From sequence record LR745206.1: a stretch of 64,000 bases of DNA. One strand, written 5' to 3'. The notes under the pieces are model-generated. The model saw nothing but the letters and a program-made list of their open reading frames with translations, was not told the DNA's origin and made no database searches. The first letter of the stretch is position 1; the number at the start of each line of letters is the position of its first letter. Positions 58,493 through 64,000 of this stretch are shown here, piece after piece. The position numbers and the translations under genes are program-made.

Positions 58493-58538
58493 TTAATAAC
58501 AATATTTTTCTTATTATAAAAGGAAATTGTTAAAAAGT

Positions 58539-58784
58539 TTATTTAAGTGGTTTGTAATTAGGTATTGCACCTTTGTAGTTAGAGTTACCTTTTCTAAGTT
58601 CTTCTCTCTCAGCTTCAACTGCAGCTTCGTATTCTGGATCATTCTTTTCTTCCTTCTTACAATCCATACATATAACATCCTCATTGAATTGGCTCATTGT
58701 TGTGATATTGTTTGTTGGTTTACCACATCTATCACAATTATCTCTTCTCATGGAGAATGATTCGAATGTTTCTAAATTATCCAT
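58539..58784 (-). CDS. small Cys4 zinc-finger protein with tag
   Basis: MDNLETFESF; CDRC...MSQFNEDVICMDC. Confidence 0.7.
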   Translation of the reverse strand: MDNLETFESFSMRRDNCDRCGKPTNNITTMSQFNEDVICMDCKKEEKNDPEYEAAVEAEREELRKGNSNYKGAIPNYKPLK

Positions 58785-59284
58785 TATTTCTTAATAGTAG
58801 TGATATCACTTTTGGTGAAATCATTAAAGTCCATAACTTTTTTCTCACCTTTCTTTCTTTCACCTTGTCCACTAGTAAAGTCTTGTCTTTTTGAAAATAC
58901 ATCTCTAAGAGCTTTCATATCTAATCTTTTAGTTCTAGATTTCTTACCTGTTCTAGATCCATGATCCTTACCCATTATTGGTATTTTTTGAGTAGCTCTA
59001 ACAGCACCACCTGGATTATAAGGAACAGAAACATCACCAGAACCTTCTGTGCCACCATTACTAGACCAATTTGTTCCTATTGTTTGACCAGCAAGACCAG
59101 ATGGTTGTGCTGAAACAACAGAACCCATACCAGCAGGTCCACCAGTAGCGGATGTTTCTAATATTAAATTCTCTTTATACTCAATAGCTTCAAGTACATC
59201 AAACATTAATTCATCCTCAGACATACCTTCGTTGATGATTCTTTTTTTAATCCTATAAAGTTCTATTAGATTTAATTCTTTCAT
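58784..59284 (-). CDS. Gly-rich late-type protein
   Basis: TAATATATA 5 nt upstream; ILETSATGGPAGMG segment. Confidence 0.65.
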   Translation of the reverse strand: MKELNLIELYRIKKRIINEGMSEDELMFDVLEAIEYKENLILETSATGGPAGMGSVVSAQPSGLAGQTIGTNWSSNGGTEGSGDVSVPYNPGGAVRATQKIPIMGKDHGSRTGKKSRTKRLDMKALRDVFSKRQDFTSGQGERKKGEKKVMDFNDFTKSDITTIKK

Positions 59285-59295
59285 AATGTTATATA

Positions 59296-59613
59296 TTAAT
59301 ATAGAAATCTGTTTATTTCATGGTCTATTTCATGACCATTTTTATTACACCATTCTCTAGCTTTATCTATATGATCACCAATTCCGAAATCTATATTAAG
59401 ATTTCTATCAGTGATACTGATATCATCGGATTGTACATCAACAATTAATTTCTTCAAACCGGTGAAGAATATAACTAATTCAAAATCTTTGGATTTTCTA
59501 AAAAAGCCATTCTTAACCTTACCTTTTATATAAAGTCTATTAAGATTTCGCCACTTTTTCTTTGGTTGCATAAATTCTCCAAATTTTTTTATTTTAGTAC
59601 TCCCGTGCCCCAT
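59296..59613 (-). CDS. tagged hypothetical protein
   Basis: KIKKFGEF near N-terminus; TTTATATATA upstream. Confidence 0.6.
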   Translation of the reverse strand: MGHGSTKIKKFGEFMQPKKKWRNLNRLYIKGKVKNGFFRKSKDFELVIFFTGLKKLIVDVQSDDISITDRNLNIDFGIGDHIDKAREWCNKNGHEIDHEINRFLY

Positions 59614-59651
59614 ATTTTATTATATATAAATAACCGAAATCAAAAAGTAAA

Positions 59652-60308
59652 ATGGATAAGTTAAAAACACTTGAGATCAAAAAGCTTCTAAAGGAATTAG
59701 ATTATATAGAATCTGATTTTGAATACCGATCAGAGGTTATAAGCGAAGCTGATTCTGAATTTATAAAGTGTGTTAATAGTTTTTTGGACGCACATCCTGA
59801 ATTAAAAGAAATATATGACCAAAAAATAACTGACCAAATAAATAGAACTATAAAGGAAAAAGTTGATATCTCTATTAAAAATGAGGAAGAGGCTATTGAA
59901 GTTGAAGAAGCTGAAAAGGAATTTATAGATTCTGGTGATGATATAGTAGTAGAATCTGATAAAATAATAGAAACCATTTCACCTAAATTAAAAAAGCTTT
60001 ATAGAGAGATTGTTAAATTAACACATCCAGATAAAGTTAAGAAGAAAAAGTTAAATGATATTTATATAAAGGCAACAGACTATTATAATCTAAATGATAA
60101 GATTGGTATTTATAAGATATGTTCCGACTTGGATATTTATTATGAAATTGAAATTGAAGATGGGGATTTCATATCCAATAAAATAGATTCATATAAAAAG
60201 AAAATAGGTTTTATGGAATCCACCTTTACTTGGAGATGGTATAGAACCGAGAATGAAAATGAGAAAAATCAAATATTGATTAATTATATTAAATTAAGAA
60301 TTCAATAA
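59652..60308 (+). CDS. J-domain protein
   Basis: LKKLYREIVKLTHPDK with HPD motif. Confidence 0.8.
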   Translation: MDKLKTLEIKKLLKELDYIESDFEYRSEVISEADSEFIKCVNSFLDAHPELKEIYDQKITDQINRTIKEKVDISIKNEEEAIEVEEAEKEFIDSGDDIVVESDKIIETISPKLKKLYREIVKLTHPDKVKKKKLNDIYIKATDYYNLNDKIGIYKICSDLDIYYEIEIEDGDFISNKIDSYKKKIGFMESTFTWRWYRTENENEKNQILINYIKLRIQ

Positions 60309-60310
60309 AC

Positions 60311-60946
60311 TCATAGAATATTCACTTTAACATTTCTATCAGATAATAAATCCTGTAATTCTTCTCTTCTAAATGATTTTTGATAAATATCATTCTCTTT
60401 ATCGATATTTTGAAGCACCCACTCATTACCATTTGATGTTTGGTAAATATAATTATCATCACCATCTAATATCTCGATGGTTCTAGATGTTAGTTTATCA
60501 TAAAATTTCTTAACATCATCATTTATCTTATAAAGTTTAACATCCTCCCAAGATTTCATTGTTTCATTCCAAACTTGGAATAATAAATAAACAGGATTTT
60601 CCAATTCATTACTATTGATATCAAAGATAAACATAAACTTACAAGGTTTATTTAGGAATGTTTGAAAGTCTTCACTATTCTTTAACTCAGATTTTTTAAG
60701 TGCTATACTTGATAGTGAATTTATAAACTCAACATTATCACTCAATGTGTCTATATCTAACTTACTAGAAAACATCTCTGTTGGTAATTTGAATGTATCA
60801 TAAATATCAACTTCCTCTGCTGATACTGAATTTAAAAGAGCACCATGCCATATATTTAATGATTCTAACAGATCTTGCATGTTCTGGAACGTTAAGTCAA
60901 CAACAACAGACTCCTTAAAAGTTTTATATGATTTAATATAACGCAT
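60311..60946 (-). CDS. tagged hypothetical protein
   Basis: MRYIKSYKTFKES. Confidence 0.7.
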   Translation of the reverse strand: MRYIKSYKTFKESVVVDLTFQNMQDLLESLNIWHGALLNSVSAEEVDIYDTFKLPTEMFSSKLDIDTLSDNVEFINSLSSIALKKSELKNSEDFQTFLNKPCKFMFIFDINSNELENPVYLLFQVWNETMKSWEDVKLYKINDDVKKFYDKLTSRTIEILDGDDNYIYQTSNGNEWVLQNIDKENDIYQKSFRREELQDLLSDRNVKVNIL

Positions 60947-60968
60947 TAATGTTTTGAGTTTAATTTTT

Positions 60969-60980
60969 TAATATATATTA
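60969..60980. promoter_or_regulatory. second palindromic TAATATATATTA between divergent genes
   Basis: Between ATG60946(-) and ATG61002(+). Confidence 0.55.
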
Positions 60981-61001
60981 AAAATCGATTCTGATAAATA
61001 A

Positions 61002-62378
61002 ATGAAGTGGTTAAGAAATTTCGAATTATTCAAAGAGGCTAAGACCTATTCTAATAAAAACATCATTAGTGAACTGTGTATATCTATGGTTTTATTGAAT
61101 GGTGAATTTTTAGATAATATTTTGGATCGTGGGTTAAAAGCTAGATATTCTGAAAACTCAGATATATTTCTAACTGATCTAAAGAATCTACTTCTTGCTA
61201 AGAATAGATTATGTCTTGGTAAATTTATTGATAATAAGTGTGTACAGGATGATGAGATATCAAAGATAAATGGATTATTTGATTCAGTTGAGTTCAATAT
61301 TGAGAAAGACTGGAATGTTCTTGTTAATTCTAGAATATCAGCTAGAAATATAATTGATAAGTTAATACCTGATGAAAAATTAGAATCAGAAAGAATCAGA
61401 AAGATATTTTGGATAGGTCCAAATAAGGATGGTGATTACCAAGAGGATATAGTTATCGAATTGAGTGATGGGAAGCAATTTTCTTTCTTCTTGAATAAGA
61501 ATCTATCAGCTAGTAAAACTTCATCATTTAGCTTATTTGCTGAAGAGTTGATAGGAGCTGACCTTGATAGATTATTCAAAGAGGATTATCTACCTAGATG
61601 GGATAAGCTTACACAAGAATGGATTAGAATACTTTATGAGCATTCTAATAAGAACATACAGTTACATATAGAGAAGTTTATAGATCCTAAAAGAATTGAG
61701 TCAATTGGTTATTTTGAATATTTTGATATAAGACATAGTGATGTTAGGTTCAAGCACTTAGGTGAGTTCATGAGAGATTTCAATAAGAATATATTGAAAT
61801 TTCAAGATCTAATGTCGGAGATTTGGAAAAATAGAGATAGTTGTTTCTCTGATCCAGAAGGTGTTTATAAAGAATGGATGGAAACTAAAATAGTTATACT
61901 AAATTCTAAAATATTAGAAAATTTAATAACAACTTCATTGAAGTATAATTATGGTGAGAATATTGAAAAATTAGAAGATGGTTTTAAGTTAGCATCAGGT
62001 ACAATCAAAATGAAGTTATTCAAAACACTTGTTGAGAAGATGGGTTGTCTTGAAAGACCACTTTATTTTTTAGGTAATAATGGTAATGTATTTCATATGG
62101 TACCATCCAGAGAATTCTTTAGAGAATTTTATGATGATTTGAAAATAAAATTTGATTATCATGTTAACTTCTCTGTTAGTGAGGATGAGGATAATAATGA
62201 TTTCAATATGGTGATAAAGCTTGATCTTGATGATGATACATTATTAGAGATGTTAATTACTATTAAGTTTTCTGGTGGTGAGATGTCTGGTAAGCTATCT
62301 GCTAAGCATAAGTTTGAATTATCAGACAATTTCAATTATTTAATATCCAAGAAACAATTAGGGGAAACCGAGGAATAG
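61002..62378 (+). CDS. tagged 458-aa hypothetical protein
   Basis: MKWLRNFELFKEA. Confidence 0.75.
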   Translation: MKWLRNFELFKEAKTYSNKNIISELCISMVLLNGEFLDNILDRGLKARYSENSDIFLTDLKNLLLAKNRLCLGKFIDNKCVQDDEISKINGLFDSVEFNIEKDWNVLVNSRISARNIIDKLIPDEKLESERIRKIFWIGPNKDGDYQEDIVIELSDGKQFSFFLNKNLSASKTSSFSLFAEELIGADLDRLFKEDYLPRWDKLTQEWIRILYEHSNKNIQLHIEKFIDPKRIESIGYFEYFDIRHSDVRFKHLGEFMRDFNKNILKFQDLMSEIWKNRDSCFSDPEGVYKEWMETKIVILNSKILENLITTSLKYNYGENIEKLEDGFKLASGTIKMKLFKTLVEKMGCLERPLYFLGNNGNVFHMVPSREFFREFYDDLKIKFDYHVNFSVSEDEDNNDFNMVIKLDLDDDTLLEMLITIKFSGGEMSGKLSAKHKFELSDNFNYLISKKQLGETEE

Positions 62379-62417
62379 TACATTCGGAAATATATACCTT
62401 AAAATTTTTAAAATTTA

Positions 62418-64000
62418 ATGGGTTTAAAATCAGGATTTCCAACATATCCAAGTGGAATTAACTACGCAGTTTCTTTCAGCTTCCCAGGTCCAAGTAGTGG
62501 TATATCAAAATCAGTTGGTGCTAATGGTGCTTCTGCTTTAATGGTGCCAAATGCTAATTTTTTAGTTGAATTTATAAAGGGTAATCTAGGTATATCTGAT
62601 GGTATGTTGAAGAGCATGATGTTCAAGAACATGAATTCACCAGTTGCCTCATCAAATGAGATGGTTTTTAGAAGTTTTTCGGAAACTAATAAACTTAATC
62701 TAGATAGTGATAGTTTAAAATATAAGAAAGGTAATAAGTTTTCTTTACCAAAAGACCAAGTTAAATTGAGCCCGGAAAATGATCTTGTTGGTTTGAAAGG
62801 ACTTGAAGTTACAACATTAAAATCAATATTTGAAACACAGAAGCCATATATGGAGGTGGCTAAATTGGTAATTGGTAATTTAGCTAAGATGGAGGATATT
62901 TGCGCCAGAGTAATGCCATTACTTGGAGTACCACTTACAACAAAATCCAAAAAACCAAAGGGTAACCCCAATGCTATTGGTTATCAAGGAGGAGCTGTAT
63001 TAAAAAGTGAATTAGCTAGAATAGAAGCTATACGTAAAAAGGGCGGGGAAACTAAATTTGGACCTGGTTTGAATGGTGGTGTTATTAGAACAAAAAATTC
63101 AGGTGAAGATGATGGAACATCAACATCTAATGGTAATGGTAATAATGGTCCTGTTTCCACCTATGGTGATTGGAAAGTAATATCAACAGTTTATTCAACT
63201 GGTTTGTTCGATCCAAATAGTGACTACCTTTATAAATATATTAATTTACCACCTGATGATGAGTTAGGTAAAGATAAATCAGATTTAGATTTAGAATTGG
63301 ATGCGGAAGCTGATCCATATATGAAATATAAACCAAAAACAATAATATTTGGTATTTTTGATTCGAGAGGAAATCCATTAAATCCATTATCAAAGGTTAA
63401 GGGTATTGATAATCTTGGTGATAAGGTTGATACGAATCATAATAAAGCTGGGTGGATATTAAATTCACCTAAGTGGGTATTTAGACCAAATGTATTTCAA
63501 TGGCCAGTTTTTGCTGGAGCTCAATATTATGGATTAGATAGTGAAGGTAATGCTATAAAATATGGAGAGGGACAAACCAATGTACTCAATGGTGAAAGGG
63601 CTATACCAGGAACACCAATAGTAACTGGGTTTAATACAGTTGAGGAAACTGAGTATAAAGAATTTTTTTCCGATCTAATAAATATTAAAATGTTACAAGT
63701 TGATGATTTATCTAATTCTGAAAAAAATGATATATCGAATGAAATAAACTCTTCTTTCAATAGGAGTGTTGGTAGAAATGGTAAAGTTACATACCCAATA
63801 AAATCACATTTGGAGAATGTTTTTAATTGGGGTCAAGCTAAGTCATCATATTATCAGAGGATAGGAATACCAAGTGCATATCTACAAAAAAATGGATTAT
63901 CATTTCAAGATGATCCTTATCCAGAGAATTTAAAAAAATCTTTCAAACCATTGAAAATATACTCAAATGAAGCATCTGGTGATGAGAAGTTAAAAGCTTA
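62418..64000 (+). CDS. large Gly/Pro/Asn-rich protein, 3'-truncated by window edge (probably structural)
   Basis: ATG62418, first ~180 codons hand-translated without a stop (MGLKSGFPTYPSGINYAVSF...); appears open to the end and so is absent from the ORF track. Confidence 0.7.
   Translation, partial: MGLKSGFPTYPSGINYAVSFSFPGPSSGISKSVGANGASALMVPNANFLVEFIKGNLGISDGMLKSMMFKNMNSPVASSNEMVFRSFSETNKLNLDSDSLKYKKGNKFSLPKDQVKLSPENDLVGLKGLEVTTLKSIFETQKPYMEVAKLVIGNLAKMEDICARVMPLLGVPLTTKSKKPKGNPNAIGYQGGAVLKSELARIEAIRKKGGETKFGPGLNGGVIRTKNSGEDDGTSTSNGNGNNGPVSTYGDWKVISTVYSTGLFDPNSDYLYKYINLPPDDELGKDKSDLDLELDAEADPYMKYKPKTIIFGIFDSRGNPLNPLSKVKGIDNLGDKVDTNHNKAGWILNSPKWVFRPNVFQWPVFAGAQYYGLDSEGNAIKYGEGQTNVLNGERAIPGTPIVTGFNTVEETEYKEFFSDLINIKMLQVDDLSNSEKNDISNEINSSFNRSVGRNGKVTYPIKSHLENVFNWGQAKSSYYQRIGIPSAYLQKNGLSFQDDPYPENLKKSFKPLKIYSNEASGDEKLKA

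Noticed and set aside
572-61297. Many short antisense or overlapping ORFs in the track (e.g. 572..871, 4813..5073, 13372..13578, 15704..15919, 27571..27882, 36663..36902, 58527..58760)
   Set aside because: They lie fully inside better-supported genes on the opposite strand or frame, with S/F/L-rich shadow composition
62462-63760. Minus-strand ORFs 62462..62971 and 63527..63760
   Set aside because: Antisense shadows of the large plus-strand gene starting at 62418
1-64000. CRISPR array or cas genes
   Set aside because: No regularly spaced 25-45-bp repeats seen; the PD-(D/E)xK nuclease at 37175 is a solo Cas4/RecB-like enzyme with no cas neighbours
1-64000. Stop-codon reassignment (TAG read as an amino acid)
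   Set aside because: Conserved enzymes are full length in code 11, and TAG ends several genes at sensible positions (1164, 1529, 6058, 9933)
1-64000. Bacterial chromosome or integrated mobile element
   Set aside because: No rRNA, ribosomal protein or core operons, and no integrase or transposase; housekeeping-like genes are isolated among small unknown ORFs next to a baseplate gene

Overview
A very AT-rich, gene-dense 64 kb segment, most consistent with a large (jumbo-type) myovirus-like phage of a Bacteroidota host. Support: a T4 gp6-like baseplate wedge gene, no rRNA or ribosomal operons, many TAnnTTTG Bacteroidota-type promoters and a T9SS type-B sorting-domain gene. The window holds about 115 mostly small genes. 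They include auxiliary enzymes (CCA-adding enzyme, 2H phosphoesterase, CoaE, Prs, GalE, FolD, DHFR, guanylate kinase, two DNA methyltransferases, a class III nucleotide cyclase, rhomboid and M50 proteases, MoxR plus VWA, Skp-like and J-domain proteins), one canonical tRNA(CAT) and one atypical tRNA. The strongest unexpected signal is a ~227-nt intergenic RNA (6056-6282) that I can fold by hand into the RNase P catalytic core (P1-P7, P15-P17, both pseudoknots, bulged U in P4) with almost no specificity domain, i.e. a minimal phage-encoded RNase P RNA. Two short peptide tags recur across the window. About 25 proteins start with MK(Y/H)(L/I)KxF(N/E)E, which resembles the T4 capsid-targeting sequence, and mostly follow a TAATATATA element. 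About 27 proteins end in RxxK(L/I)xx(I/L)(L/I) and mostly lie in TAnnTTTG-driven operons. All calls come from manual motif reading; no database searches were run.
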